A DNA stretch of 62,369 bases from Candidatus Zhuqueibacterota bacterium (GCA_049322915.1 JBMOPW010000033.1:1-62369), one strand, 5' to 3'. Positions 1 through 10,233 are shown, counted from the first letter of the stretch. Program-made: numbers and translations. The notes: generated by a model not told the origin, from the sequence alone.

Positions 1-66
1 TTGAACAAAGATCACTTGACTATCAGACCCGTGCCTTGATCAACGAGACAAAAACCTAGATCAATT

Positions 67-100
67 ATCATGTCCATCCTTAACATCCTGTTATCCTGTC
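67..100. repeat. Degenerate 8-9-nt tandem array (ATCCTGTy-type)
   Basis: atcatgtcc-atccttaac-atcctgtt-atcctgtc; any partner arm would lie upstream of the window. Confidence 0.5.
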
Positions 101-187
101 AGCTTTTGCATCCCTGTGATCGGTTACGAATAATTCGCATCATCGCTCTCCGAATTGCCGGGGAGCCGATGGCATTTTGAGGCAGCC

Positions 188-2842
188 ATGTCCGATGTAA
201 CCAATTCCACACCATTGATGGAACAATATCTGGCTATCAAGGCCAGGCATAAAAACGCCATCCTGTTTTACCGCATGGGCGATTTTTATGAGATGTTCTA
301 CGAAGACGCCCGGGTGGGCGCCGAGGTGCTGGGAATTACGCTCACATCGCGGGCGCACGGCAAAGCGGCCAGCGTGCCATTGGCCGGCTTTCCGTACCAC
401 GCGCTGGATACCTACCTGACGAAGATGATCAAAGCCGGCTATCGGGTGGCCATTTGCGAACAGGTGGAAGATCCCAAAAAAGCCAAAAAGCTGGTCAAGC
501 GCGATGTGGTGGAAATTGTCACCCCGGGAACCACGTTCTCGGAGGAGCTGCTCGTCTCCAATCGGAACAACTATCTGGCGGCGATCTTTCTGAAAAAGGA
601 CGTGTGCGGATTGGCCGCTGCGGACGTGACCACCGGCGAATTCTTTGTCGCGGAATCCCCGCGGGACAAACTGCGGGAGCAGGTGCTGGCCCTGGCGCCA
701 TCGGAAATCATAGTCGCTGAGACGCAATTGCCCTATGTTCAGGAGCATCTGGGCCCGTTGCAGGAAACGTACATCTCCAGCCGGGAAGATTGGATTTTCA
801 ATCGCGATTATGGCTATGAAATTCTCATCGAACATTTCGAAACCGCCTCGCTGAAAGGCTTTGGCTGCGAAGACCTGGACGCCGGCATTGCCGCGGCCGG
901 TGCCGTGTTGAATTATCTCAAAGAGAATCAGAAAAATGAACTGCGGCATATCAATCAGCTCAAACGGAATTACGAAGCTGATTATATGACGGTGGATCCA
1001 ACCACTCAGAAAAATCTGGAATTGATACAGTCGCTCTCCCAGCGCGATAACCGCGGCACGCTCATTTCGGTGCTGGATCAGACGCAGACGGCCATGGGCG
1101 GTAGACGGCTGGTCAATTGGGTGCTGCGTCCGTTGAATAAAGAAGAGCCGATCAAAATGCGGCTCGATGCGGTGGAAGAGTTTTTTCAAAACGATTCCAT
1201 GCGGAACGATGTGCGAATTTTGCTGCGGCCGATTGGCGACCTGGAGCGGCTGATTTCCAAAATAGCCACCATGCGCGCCAACGCCCGCGACCTCATTGCG
1301 CTCAAATCAGCGCTGAAACTGATTCCGGAACTTCGCGCGAAATTGTCAACGGCCGAAGCGGCCTATGCCGTGAAAATTCAGCAGAATCTTCATGAACTCT
1401 CCGAGGTGGTCGCCGAAATCGAGAAAGCCATTGTGGATGAGCCGCCGTTAGCCACCACCGAAGGCGGACTGATTCGCCGCGGATTTGACGAAGAGCTGGA
1501 TCATCTTCGGGAGATCGCCTATTCCGGCAAGGATTGGATCGCGCGGCTGCAGAAGACCGAACGCGAACGGACCGGCATTCCGTCGCTCAAGGTCAACTAT
1601 AATAAAGTATTTGGTTACTATATTGAAGTGACAAATCCGCATCTGGCCAAAGTGCCGGACGATTATATCCGCAAGCAGACGCTCGTCAATGCCGAACGCT
1701 TCATCACGCCGCAGTTGAAAGAGTACGAGGAGCAGGTGCTGGGCGCGCAGGAGAAAATTGTGGCGCTGGAGTACGAGCTGTTCGACATGGTTCGCAATAT
1801 CGCGGCGCGTCATGTGCGGGAGATTCAGCAAAACGCTTCGCTGATTGGAGAACTGGATTGCCTGCTCAATTTCTCTCACATTGCTTTCGAAAACAATTAC
1901 ACAAAACCGGTCATCACCACGACCGATGAGATTAAAATTACAGACAGCCGCCATCCGGTGGTCGAAAAGTTATTGCCGGCCGGCGAGACGTTTGTCCCGA
2001 ACGATGTGTATCTAAATAACAGCAGCGAGCAAATTTCCATCATCACCGGGCCCAACATGGCCGGGAAATCCACGTATTTGCGCCAGGTGGGACTGGTGAC
2101 CCTCATGGCGCAGATTGGCAGTTTTGTGCCGGCGAAATCGGCGCAGATCGGGCTGGTGGATAAAATCTTCACGCGCGTTGGCGCGTCCGATAATCTGGCC
2201 GGCGGCGAGAGCACGTTCCTGATGGAAATGCACGAGACCGCCAATATTCTGAACAATGCCACGCCGAAAAGTCTGATCCTGCTGGATGAAATTGGTCGCG
2301 GCACCAGCACATTCGACGGCCTGTCCATTGCCTGGTCAGTGGCCGAGTATTTGCACAACGCCTCGCACGTGGCGGCTAAAACGTTGTTCGCGACACATTA
2401 TCATGAATTAACGGAACTTGCTTTGATACTGCCTCGTGTAAAAAACTACAATGTGGCGGTGAAAGAGTGGGGCGATAAAGTGATTTTCCTGCGCAAGATT
2501 GTGCCGGGCGGTTGCGACCATAGCTACGGCATTCAGGTGGCGCAGTTGGCCGGGCTGCCGCGGCTGGTGATTACCCGGGCAAAGGAAGTGCTGTCCAATC
2601 TGGAAGCGGATGAACTCACTCCCAACGACATTCCGCGATTGGCGCGGCACGAGGAAAATGCCCGAAAGGCCAAGAACTCGCAGCTTGATTTTTTTGCGGA
2701 ACAGGAAAATAAACTGAGGGAGGCGCTTTCGAAAATTGATATCGATTCGATAACGCCCATCGAGGCGATGAATAAATTGTATGAGTTGAAAAAACTGATC
2801 GAAGACGGACAACGTACATCATCAAAAAGAGACCTGTTATGA
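188..2842 (+). CDS. mutS: DNA mismatch repair protein MutS
   Basis: TPLMEQY and FYRMGDFYEMF N-terminus, Walker A GPNMAGKST, DEIGRGTST, FATHYHEL; ATG 188 preferred over TTG 155. Confidence 0.98.
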   Translation: MSDVTNSTPLMEQYLAIKARHKNAILFYRMGDFYEMFYEDARVGAEVLGITLTSRAHGKAASVPLAGFPYHALDTYLTKMIKAGYRVAICEQVEDPKKAKKLVKRDVVEIVTPGTTFSEELLVSNRNNYLAAIFLKKDVCGLAAADVTTGEFFVAESPRDKLREQVLALAPSEIIVAETQLPYVQEHLGPLQETYISSREDWIFNRDYGYEILIEHFETASLKGFGCEDLDAGIAAAGAVLNYLKENQKNELRHINQLKRNYEADYMTVDPTTQKNLELIQSLSQRDNRGTLISVLDQTQTAMGGRRLVNWVLRPLNKEEPIKMRLDAVEEFFQNDSMRNDVRILLRPIGDLERLISKIATMRANARDLIALKSALKLIPELRAKLSTAEAAYAVKIQQNLHELSEVVAEIEKAIVDEPPLATTEGGLIRRGFDEELDHLREIAYSGKDWIARLQKTERERTGIPSLKVNYNKVFGYYIEVTNPHLAKVPDDYIRKQTLVNAERFITPQLKEYEEQVLGAQEKIVALEYELFDMVRNIAARHVREIQQNASLIGELDCLLNFSHIAFENNYTKPVITTTDEIKITDSRHPVVEKLLPAGETFVPNDVYLNNSSEQISIITGPNMAGKSTYLRQVGLVTLMAQIGSFVPAKSAQIGLVDKIFTRVGASDNLAGGESTFLMEMHETANILNNATPKSLILLDEIGRGTSTFDGLSIAWSVAEYLHNASHVAAKTLFATHYHELTELALILPRVKNYNVAVKEWGDKVIFLRKIVPGGCDHSYGIQVAQLAGLPRLVITRAKEVLSNLEADELTPNDIPRLARHEENARKAKNSQLDFFAEQENKLREALSKIDIDSITPIEAMNKLYELKKLIEDGQRTSSKRDLL

Positions 2843-3903
2843 ATCTGAACCTGAAACTGTTGGGCCTGGCGCTGATCGGGTTGAGTGCGGCAAGCCCGTC
2901 CCTTGCCGGATCCATTGTCAAAGCAAAATATGCGGGCGAATTTATGGCGACCGGGGTTGGCGCGCGGGCATTGGGAATGGGCGGCGCTTACGTGGCGATA
3001 TCACAGGATGTCACGGCCGGATATTGGAATCCGGCCTGCCTGAGCGCCATTGAGTATCCCCAGATCAGCGGCATGTACGCCCAGCAATTTGCCAATATTG
3101 TCAATTATAATTATGCGGCAGCAGCCGTTCCCTTCGGCGCGCGGAGCGGATTCGCGCTTTCGATGGCCCGGCTCGGCACAGACGACATTCCGGATACGCG
3201 CAATGCCCTGCTGGATTACGGCATGGATGGAATTCCTAATACCGGCGATGAGGGCGAAGGCGATGGAGAGATTAATGCTGGCGAGCGATTGGATCCCAAT
3301 CAGGTGATTTATTTCAATTCCGCCTACTACGCATTCTACCTCAGCTATGGCAATCGGCAGAGTGAGCGATTCTCCTACGGCGGCAATGTGAAAATCATCC
3401 ACGAAGGTATCGGCGAGAATTCTGCAGTGGGCATTGGATTCGATCTGGCCTGTCTTTGGGAGCCGCATCCGCGCATGAATATCGGCGTCAATTTACAGGA
3501 TATCACCACGACCCTGCTGATCTGGGACACGGGTCGGCAGGAAGCCATCACGCCGACGTCCAAATTGGGCGTGGCGTATTTCTGGGAATCGTCGATCATC
3601 GCCGGGCAGCTTATTCCCACGGCCGATGTGGACATCCGCTTCGAAAACAGGCAGAGTGCGTCTCAGGCGCACATGGGTCCGGTCAGTTTCGATTTTCATG
3701 CCGGCCTGGAATATCAGTTCAGGAAATTGCTGGCGTTGCGATTGGGTTCGGATACCGGCCGATTCAGCGCCGGCGTGGGTGTGAAATTGCCCAAACTGAA
3801 TGTCGACTACGCCTTCCTGAGCCATGATGAACTGGGCGATACGCATCGCATCTCGTTGATTCTGACCATTGAAGAGCAGCGATTCCGGCGTCGTCATCCG
3901 TAA
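2839..3903 (+). CDS. PorV/UPF0164-like outer-membrane beta-barrel protein
   Basis: Signal peptide; GVGARALGMGGAYVA..D..A.YWNPA motif; C-terminal DYAF...LGDTHRISL; start overlaps mutS stop (ATGA). Confidence 0.8.
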   Translation: MNLNLKLLGLALIGLSAASPSLAGSIVKAKYAGEFMATGVGARALGMGGAYVAISQDVTAGYWNPACLSAIEYPQISGMYAQQFANIVNYNYAAAAVPFGARSGFALSMARLGTDDIPDTRNALLDYGMDGIPNTGDEGEGDGEINAGERLDPNQVIYFNSAYYAFYLSYGNRQSERFSYGGNVKIIHEGIGENSAVGIGFDLACLWEPHPRMNIGVNLQDITTTLLIWDTGRQEAITPTSKLGVAYFWESSIIAGQLIPTADVDIRFENRQSASQAHMGPVSFDFHAGLEYQFRKLLALRLGSDTGRFSAGVGVKLPKLNVDYAFLSHDELGDTHRISLILTIEEQRFRRRHP

Positions 3904-4088
3904 ATTTCAGATGACCGGGCAGTCGTGAGGGTGAATGCGAGCGACTGGAAAAGAAATGCGCTTGTGTGGAATTACGTTGGCTGCGGGAGTATGCTGCGAC
4001 GCGCCAGAGCCTGTCGTGTGGGCGCTGTAACGGTGAAAAATGACAACCCGTGGTCCTCGACTATTTTTAATCACAGGAACTGTTACAA

Positions 4089-4120
4089 AGACAAAGGCCT
4101 TTCCAAAGGCCTTTTTGTCT
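4089..4120 (+). terminator. Probable intrinsic terminator
   Basis: aaaggcctt-tcca-aaggccttt stem followed by a T run; extends as agacaaa/tttgtct. Confidence 0.6.
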
Positions 4121-4172
4121 ATCAGGAGGCGGGTAACTAATTAAAAAAAAAGAAAAAAAACAAAAATAATGT

Positions 4173-4201
4173 TTGACAAAATCAAAAAAATTTTGTATAA
4201 T
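4173..4201 (+). promoter_or_regulatory. Consensus sigma70 promoter of the yicC operon
   Basis: TTGACA (4173-4178), 17-bp spacer, TATAAT (4196-4201); A-tract UP-like region at 4143-4169. Confidence 0.85.
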
Positions 4202-4253
4202 TCAAATCGACTTTAATTTCTTATTTATTATTGATTACTGGTAATGGCTAAAA

Positions 4254-5135
4254 ATGATAAGAAGCATGACAGGATTCGGACGCGGAGAAGTGAGGAAAAA
4301 TGGATATGAAATTCTTACTGAAGTCAGGTCTGTGAATAATCGCTTCCTGGATATTCAGGTGAAATTGCCGAAGAATTTCTATCACTTTGAACATGAGGCA
4401 AAAGCTCTGGTTCGCGACTATATTTCGCGCGGCCGGCTGAACCTCATTGTCAGTCTCAATGGCTACACGGATCAAAATAATTACGGGTTGATGATCAATA
4501 GCGCCCTGGCGACGTCGTACGTGAAGCTGATTCGCCAGTTGAAGAGAGACCTGAAAATTTCCGGCAAAGTCAGATTGGAGCATGTGCTCAGTTTCCCAGA
4601 AATCATTTCGTACGAAGATGATTCTCACGGTTCCGATGAAGTGTGGTCGGCCATCGAGGAGGCGATAAAAAGCTCGCTGGAAAATCTTCAGCAGATGCGA
4701 TCGAAAGAGGGGGACGAGTTAGCCAACGATCTGATTCAACGCATTAATATGCTCGATCAGGAAATAGGTCTGATTGAGCAGATTTCTGAACAACGATTTG
4801 AAGAGGAGTTGACAAAGCTTCGAAAACGCATTCAGGAAATCACAGAGAACCATGAACTGGATGAGACGCGACTGGAGACAGAAGTTGCCTTGATTATCAA
4901 TCGCATGGATGTGACCGAAGAATGCGTGCGATTCAAAAGCCACAATAAGCTGTTTCTGAAGACGCTGGAAGCGGAAGACGCAGTGGGCAGAAAATTGAAT
5001 TTTCTGTTGCAGGAAATGACCCGGGAGGCAAATACCATCGGAGCCAAAGTGAACAATGCGGAAATTGCCCATCTTGTCGTGGAGATCAAGGAAGAAGTAG
5101 AGAAGATTAGAGAGCAGGTTCAAAATATTGAGTGA
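4254..5135 (+). CDS. yicC: YicC/YloC family endoribonuclease
   Basis: MIRSMTGFGRG, EVRSVNNRFLD, GRKLNFLLQEMTREANTIGAK, KIREQVQNIE. Confidence 0.95.
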   Translation: MIRSMTGFGRGEVRKNGYEILTEVRSVNNRFLDIQVKLPKNFYHFEHEAKALVRDYISRGRLNLIVSLNGYTDQNNYGLMINSALATSYVKLIRQLKRDLKISGKVRLEHVLSFPEIISYEDDSHGSDEVWSAIEEAIKSSLENLQQMRSKEGDELANDLIQRINMLDQEIGLIEQISEQRFEEELTKLRKRIQEITENHELDETRLETEVALIINRMDVTEECVRFKSHNKLFLKTLEAEDAVGRKLNFLLQEMTREANTIGAKVNNAEIAHLVVEIKEEVEKIREQVQNIE

Positions 5136-5206
5136 AAATTCACCTGGCCGGAAACGAGGGAACGATCCTGGCCGGAAAATTTATGGACCAAAGCAGGAGG
5201 GCACTT

Positions 5207-5476
5207 ATGATGATGATCAGCATAGGCTACAGAAATTATATTTCAATGGAGCGAATTGTCTCCGTTATTTCTCCGGATTCCCGTCCTACTAAAAATTTAG
5301 TGAATGGCGCCCGGGAAAAAGGGAAACTCGTCGATGCGACCATGGGGAAAAAGACGAAATCGGTTATTGTCACCAATAGCAATCATGTGGTGTTATCGGC
5401 CAATTCGCCGGATACCATTGTCCATCGAACTCAGGCATTGGGGAAAAAAGCTTACCTGGTTGAAGAGGGTGAATAG
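5207..5476 (+). CDS. remA: DUF370/RemA family protein
   Basis: ISIGYRNYI...RIVSVISPDSRP...LVDATMGKKTKSVIVT; AGGAGG RBS at 5195-5200; canonical position between yicC and gmk. Confidence 0.85.
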   Translation: MMMISIGYRNYISMERIVSVISPDSRPTKNLVNGAREKGKLVDATMGKKTKSVIVTNSNHVVLSANSPDTIVHRTQALGKKAYLVEEGE

Positions 5477-5483
5477 AAATTAA

Positions 5484-6095
5484 ATGGGCGGTTTACTAGC
5501 GATTATGTCTTCTCCCTCCGGAGGCGGTAAAACAACGATCATTCAGAAAATACTCTCTCAGTATCCAGAAAAATTCACCTATTCCATCTCGGCCACGACC
5601 CGAAAAATGCGGCCGGGTGAGAAAGATGGGATTGATTATTTTTTCCTTTCAGAACAGGAATTTCAGGAAGGCATTGAGAATTCCAGATTCCTGGAATGGG
5701 AGGAGGTCCACGGATATCACTATGGAACGCCGCTTGCGCCCATTGAGAAATTGGCAGCGTCTGGAAAACATATCTTTCTGGACATTGACGTCAATGGCGC
5801 CTTGCAGGTGAAAAAAAAATACCCGGGCCAGGCGGTCACCATTTTCATTGCGCCGCCCAGTACGGAAGAGTTGGTCAGACGATTGAAAAACAGAAAGTCG
5901 GAATCCGAGGAGGAGATCCATCGGCGATTGGCGCGATTACCCATGGAAATGGAGAAGTCGGCGCTATTTGATTTCAGGATAATCAACGAGGATGCTGACC
6001 AGTCCGCGCACGAGGTGCTCACTATTCTGGGCCAGTACGACCCCTCTCTTGTCGCGCCGGAGTTGGGGAATCCTGTTTCATCAGCGAGAAATTAA
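5484..6095 (+). CDS. gmk: Guanylate kinase
   Basis: SSPSGGGKTT P-loop, SISATTRKMRPGEKDGIDYFF, YHYGT, LDIDVNGA. Confidence 0.97.
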   Translation: MGGLLAIMSSPSGGGKTTIIQKILSQYPEKFTYSISATTRKMRPGEKDGIDYFFLSEQEFQEGIENSRFLEWEEVHGYHYGTPLAPIEKLAASGKHIFLDIDVNGALQVKKKYPGQAVTIFIAPPSTEELVRRLKNRKSESEEEIHRRLARLPMEMEKSALFDFRIINEDADQSAHEVLTILGQYDPSLVAPELGNPVSSARN

Positions 6096-6347
6096 AAGGA
6101 CTGGCAGCAGCTTTCACTGCTTTCGACGGGAGCGCCATCCGCAGGTAGCGCGGCGCGGTCATTGATCGTTCGGGCTATTTATCCCGAATGTCCCAGTCGT
6201 TGGATACATATCCAGCGCGATTGGAGACATGACATCCGTTGTGATTTGTATTTTGGAATTTTCTTCAATTCAGAAATTCTGGTTTTAAATAGACGCCTTT
6301 GCAATTCGCAGGCGGAAAGTACACTTTATATGTGGAGGTTATACGGT

Positions 6348-6656
6348 ATGACGAGCACGATCGACCTGGATGTACTGTTGAAATATTCAGATAATTTGTA
6401 TGAAGCAATTATCGTTATTGCCAAACGTGCAAAACAAATAAATGATGAGCAGAAACGGTTCATTGAGCAGGAAACTGGCGTGGACGACTCGATGGATAAC
6501 TATGACGATGATGAAGATCTTGACCCACAGATTGAAGAAGAACCTAAAATTATCAAATTGCCCAAACCCACGGAAGTGGCCATCATGGAAATGCTGGGAG
6601 GCAAGATCAACTACGACTATGGGATGACCGAAGCCGAAGCAAAAGACGAAAAATGA
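6348..6656 (+). CDS. rpoZ: RNA polymerase omega subunit (Bacteroidota/FCB-like)
   Basis: NLYEAIIVIAKRAKQIN and LPKPTEVA motifs; GGAGGT RBS at 6334-6339; gmk-rpoZ-coaBC synteny. Confidence 0.85.
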   Translation: MTSTIDLDVLLKYSDNLYEAIIVIAKRAKQINDEQKRFIEQETGVDDSMDNYDDDEDLDPQIEEEPKIIKLPKPTEVAIMEMLGGKINYDYGMTEAEAKDEK

Positions 6657-7861
6657 CCATGTTTGATGGGAAAAAAATAGTCGTCGGCGTGACGGGCGGA
6701 ATTGCCGCCTACAAAACATGTGAGCTGGTTCGCGAACTGAAGAAAAACAATGCCCAGGTACAGGTGGTGATGACGGAGGCTGCGACGCGGTTCATCACGC
6801 CGCTGACGTTGGCGACGCTTTCTGAAAAGCCTGTGCTGCTGGATCTGTTCGCCGACCGCATCTCGAATCCCACGGTCCACATCGATGTGGCGCGGTGGGC
6901 TGACGCCATCCTGGTCTGCCCGGCAACGGCCAATACCATTGGCAAAGTGGCCGCGGGGCTTGCGGATAATCTGCTGACAACGCTCATCCTGGCGACGACG
7001 GCGCCGGTCATTTTCTGCCCGGCGATGAACAAAGAGATGTACCGGAACGCGATCTGCCAGAAAAACATGGACCAGCTTTCCCAACAGGGTCACCATTTTG
7101 TCAAATCCGACGAGGGGGAATTAGCGTGCGGCGAGTACGGCTGGGGCCGACTGGCTGAGCTGGTTTCAATCCTCAATCGGTTGAAAAAAGTTTTATTGGG
7201 AACGAATGCGCTCAGCGGCAAGCGAGTGCTCATCACCGCGGGAAGGACTGAAGAGCCGCTGGATCCGGTGAGAATTTTCACCAATTATTCCAGCGGGAAA
7301 ATGGGGTTTGCCCTGGCTGAGGCCGCTGCGTTGAAAGGCGCGGACGTGACATTGATCAGCGGTCCCAACGATCTGTCCCCGTTCGATGGCGTGCGACTGA
7401 TTCGCATTCAGACGAGCGAGCAGATGGCGGACGCGGTTCAGCAGGAAATTGAGCGCCAGGACATCGTCATCATGTCCGCTGCTGTGGCGGATTTTGCGCC
7501 GGCGACATTTTCGGACCAGAAACTGAAAAAGGCAGAAGCGACCGCTTCGTTTGAATTCAAGCGGACGAAAGATATTTTGAAGACAGTGGGGCAGAGTAAA
7601 GGCAACATGATTCTCGTCGGCTTTGCGGTTGAAACAGAGAACGAGCGTGAAAATTCTCTGAAGAAGTTGCGGGAAAAGAATCTCGACCTGATTGTCACCA
7701 ACAACCCGAAAGTCGAAGGCGCCGCGTTCGCCGTGGATACGAACATCGTCACGCTGATGACGAGGGACGGCCAGGTGGAAGCAGTGCCCATGATGACCAA
7801 AAAGTTGTTGGCTCATAAGATTATGGATAGAATAATTGCGTTAACTCCCAATGGCAGGTGA
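6653..7861 (+). CDS. coaBC: Phosphopantothenoylcysteine decarboxylase/ligase CoaBC
   Basis: GVTGGIAAYK, PATANTIGK, PAMN, LACGEYGWGRL, TNYSSGKMG, VGFAVET. Confidence 0.97.
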   Translation: MTMFDGKKIVVGVTGGIAAYKTCELVRELKKNNAQVQVVMTEAATRFITPLTLATLSEKPVLLDLFADRISNPTVHIDVARWADAILVCPATANTIGKVAAGLADNLLTTLILATTAPVIFCPAMNKEMYRNAICQKNMDQLSQQGHHFVKSDEGELACGEYGWGRLAELVSILNRLKKVLLGTNALSGKRVLITAGRTEEPLDPVRIFTNYSSGKMGFALAEAAALKGADVTLISGPNDLSPFDGVRLIRIQTSEQMADAVQQEIERQDIVIMSAAVADFAPATFSDQKLKKAEATASFEFKRTKDILKTVGQSKGNMILVGFAVETENERENSLKKLREKNLDLIVTNNPKVEGAAFAVDTNIVTLMTRDGQVEAVPMMTKKLLAHKIMDRIIALTPNGR

Positions 7862-7921
7862 TTGCAGCATTACGGACATCTGCCGGAGAGACATTCAAAT
7901 CATGAGTAAAGGACGAATCCA

Positions 7922-8701
7922 ATTCAGACCCACGAAGACATAAAGAGCCTCGTTCATGATATCAGAATTTATTTCGAGAGCCAGCAACAGTTGTACGGGG
8001 ATGATGTTTTTATGGATAGAACCGCGATGGTCGAGCCTGTACCTGTGCTTGCAACGCCGGCAAAAAAGGAGTCGCCGGTTTCTGTTGATGCGCCGGCTGA
8101 GAAGGCAAACGCTGCTGTCCCTTCTGCGCCTGTGGTGCAGGATAATCGTACGCGGCTCAATCAGCTTTATCTGAAAGTGCGTCAGTGTCAGCGTTGCGGA
8201 CTTTCCAGACAGCGGACGAAACTGGTCTTCGGGTCAGGGAATCCCAACGCGACCATCATGTTGGTCGGAGAAGCGCCCGGCTTTCACGAAGATCAGAATG
8301 GCAAGCCGTTTGTGGGCGATGCCGGCCGGCTACTTGATAAAATCTTGAGCGCCATTCAATTGAATCGCGACCAGGTATTTATCACCAATGTTGTGAAATG
8401 TCGTCCGCCGGACAATCGCGATCCATTGCCGGAAGAAACCGACGCCTGTTTTTTCATGCTGCAGCAGCAGATTGACATTGTGAAGCCGAAGTATATTTTG
8501 ATCCTGGGAAGAATTGCAGCCCACGTTGTGCTGAAAACGGACAAGACGCTGGCTCAATTGCGGGGACAGGTTTTCGATGCGTTCGGCGCCAAAAGCATCG
8601 TCACGTACCATCCCGCGGCGCTGTTGCGGAATGAATCGCTGAAGCGTGACGCCTGGGCGGATGTGCAGCTTTTTCAGAAATTGTTCAAGGCGAACGGGTG
8701 A
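7922..8701 (+). CDS. Family-4 (Fe-S) uracil-DNA glycosylase; start uncertain (ATT 7922 or TTG 7991)
   Basis: CQRCGL, GEAPG, GKPFVG, NVVKCRPP.NRDP, TYHPAALLRN. Confidence 0.9.
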   Translation: MQTHEDIKSLVHDIRIYFESQQQLYGDDVFMDRTAMVEPVPVLATPAKKESPVSVDAPAEKANAAVPSAPVVQDNRTRLNQLYLKVRQCQRCGLSRQRTKLVFGSGNPNATIMLVGEAPGFHEDQNGKPFVGDAGRLLDKILSAIQLNRDQVFITNVVKCRPPDNRDPLPEETDACFFMLQQQIDIVKPKYILILGRIAAHVVLKTDKTLAQLRGQVFDAFGAKSIVTYHPAALLRNESLKRDAWADVQLFQKLFKANG

Positions 8702-8807
8702 AGCGGACGGTGCTGCCGCATTTGATGCGCCGAATTCAGTAAATCGATTTGCATGGAGATGGTCAGCGGCCAGGCCCGGCGTGGGGGAAACGAGGTTTTA
8801 AAATAGA

Positions 8808-10187
8808 ATGATGGAATCAACTCAAACAGAATCAACGAAAATGCAGCGAGTCCCACCGCAGGATATTGATGCGGAAATGGCAGTGCTGGGAGCCATGTTC
8901 ATTGAAGCGGAAGCAGTCGGCAAAGCGGTAGAAATTCTGGATGAAAGCAGTTTTTATAAAACAGCGCATCAGAAAATATTCCGGGCTGCTGTTGAGCTTT
9001 ACGATCGTCAGGAGCCGATCGACGTCATCACCATTGCCAGCGCGCTCAGTAAAAAGGGACATCTGGAAAGTGTCGGAGGCAATTACTATCTCATCCAGCT
9101 TTCGGAGCTGGTGCCCTCGGCGGCCAATGTTGAATATTATGCCAAGATCGTTTTGGAGAAAGCGCTGTTGCGCCAGTTGATCAATGTGAGCACAGATATT
9201 GCCAGCCGCGCCTATGACCACAAGGGCGATGTCTATACCCTGCTGGACAGCATTGAAAAAGAGGTGTTCGTGCTGTCCGACCGAAAGCTGAAAAAGGGCT
9301 TCACTTCGATCAATGCAACCATGCACGAGACGTTTGAGAAGATCGAGAGTTTTCACGGGATGAAAGGCGGCGTCACAGGGGTGGCGTCTGGCTTCGCCGA
9401 TCTGGACCAAATGACGTCCGGCTTTCAGAATTCGGATCTGGTTATTGTCGCAGGCAGGCCGTCCATGGGCAAGACGGCGTTCTGCTTGAATATCTGCCGC
9501 AATGCAGCGGTGGATTATGGGGTGCCCGTGGGAATTTTCAGCCTGGAAATGGCGTCGTATCAGTTGGCCATGCGCATGCTCTGCAGCGAAGCGCGTGTGG
9601 ATTCGCACGCAGTGAGGACAGGCCGATTGCCAATGGATGATTGGCAGAAGCTGAGCATGAGCGTGGGCGTTTTGGCGGCGGCGCCGATTTACATCGATGA
9701 TGCGCCGGCACAGAACATTCTGGAAATCAAGGCCAAAGCGCGGCGGTTGAAATACGAAAAAAACGTCGGACTTCTGGTTGTCGACTACATGCAGTTGGTT
9801 CAGGGCCCGGCCGGCGTTGAAAGTCGCCAGCAGGAAATATCATCCATCTCCCAGTCGTTCAAGGCATTGGCCAAAGAGTTGAATATTCCTGTCATTGCGC
9901 TGTCGCAGTTATCCCGCGCTGTGGAATCCCGAGGCGGCGATCATCGCCCTCTGCTGTCGGACTTGCGTGAATCCGGGGCCATTGAACAGGATGCGGATGT
10001 AGTAATTTTCATTTATCGGCCGGAGGTATATGGCCGGACGGATGAAGAGGGGATTGCTGAAATAATCATTGGCAAACAACGAAGCGGCCCCATTGGGAGT
10101 GTGAAATTGGCTTTTGTGAAACAGTATGTTTTATTTGCAAACCTGAGTGTCAATTATAATGAGATGGTACGTACCCATCCATTTTAG
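8808..10187 (+). CDS. dnaB: Replicative DNA helicase
   Basis: PPQDIDAEMAVLG, AGRPSMGKT, VVDYMQL, LSQLSRAVE, DLRESGAIEQDAD; no intein-sized insertion. Confidence 0.98.
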   Translation: MMESTQTESTKMQRVPPQDIDAEMAVLGAMFIEAEAVGKAVEILDESSFYKTAHQKIFRAAVELYDRQEPIDVITIASALSKKGHLESVGGNYYLIQLSELVPSAANVEYYAKIVLEKALLRQLINVSTDIASRAYDHKGDVYTLLDSIEKEVFVLSDRKLKKGFTSINATMHETFEKIESFHGMKGGVTGVASGFADLDQMTSGFQNSDLVIVAGRPSMGKTAFCLNICRNAAVDYGVPVGIFSLEMASYQLAMRMLCSEARVDSHAVRTGRLPMDDWQKLSMSVGVLAAAPIYIDDAPAQNILEIKAKARRLKYEKNVGLLVVDYMQLVQGPAGVESRQQEISSISQSFKALAKELNIPVIALSQLSRAVESRGGDHRPLLSDLRESGAIEQDADVVIFIYRPEVYGRTDEEGIAEIIIGKQRSGPIGSVKLAFVKQYVLFANLSVNYNEMVRTHPF

Positions 10188-10233
10188 CCAGACTCAGCTT
10201 GATAGTTCAACTTCGAAATTGGCTGGATTGGCG

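Noticed and set aside
3944..3962. Shared actg..aaagaaa.tgcgct motif with 50733-50750
   Set aside because: Short, gapped and A-rich; flanks do not align, so chance is likely
6162..6347. N-terminal extensions in the ORF track (rpoZ, rel, remA, SGNH hydrolase, kinase fusion)
   Set aside because: Downstream starts fit better with RBS position, gene overlap or family length
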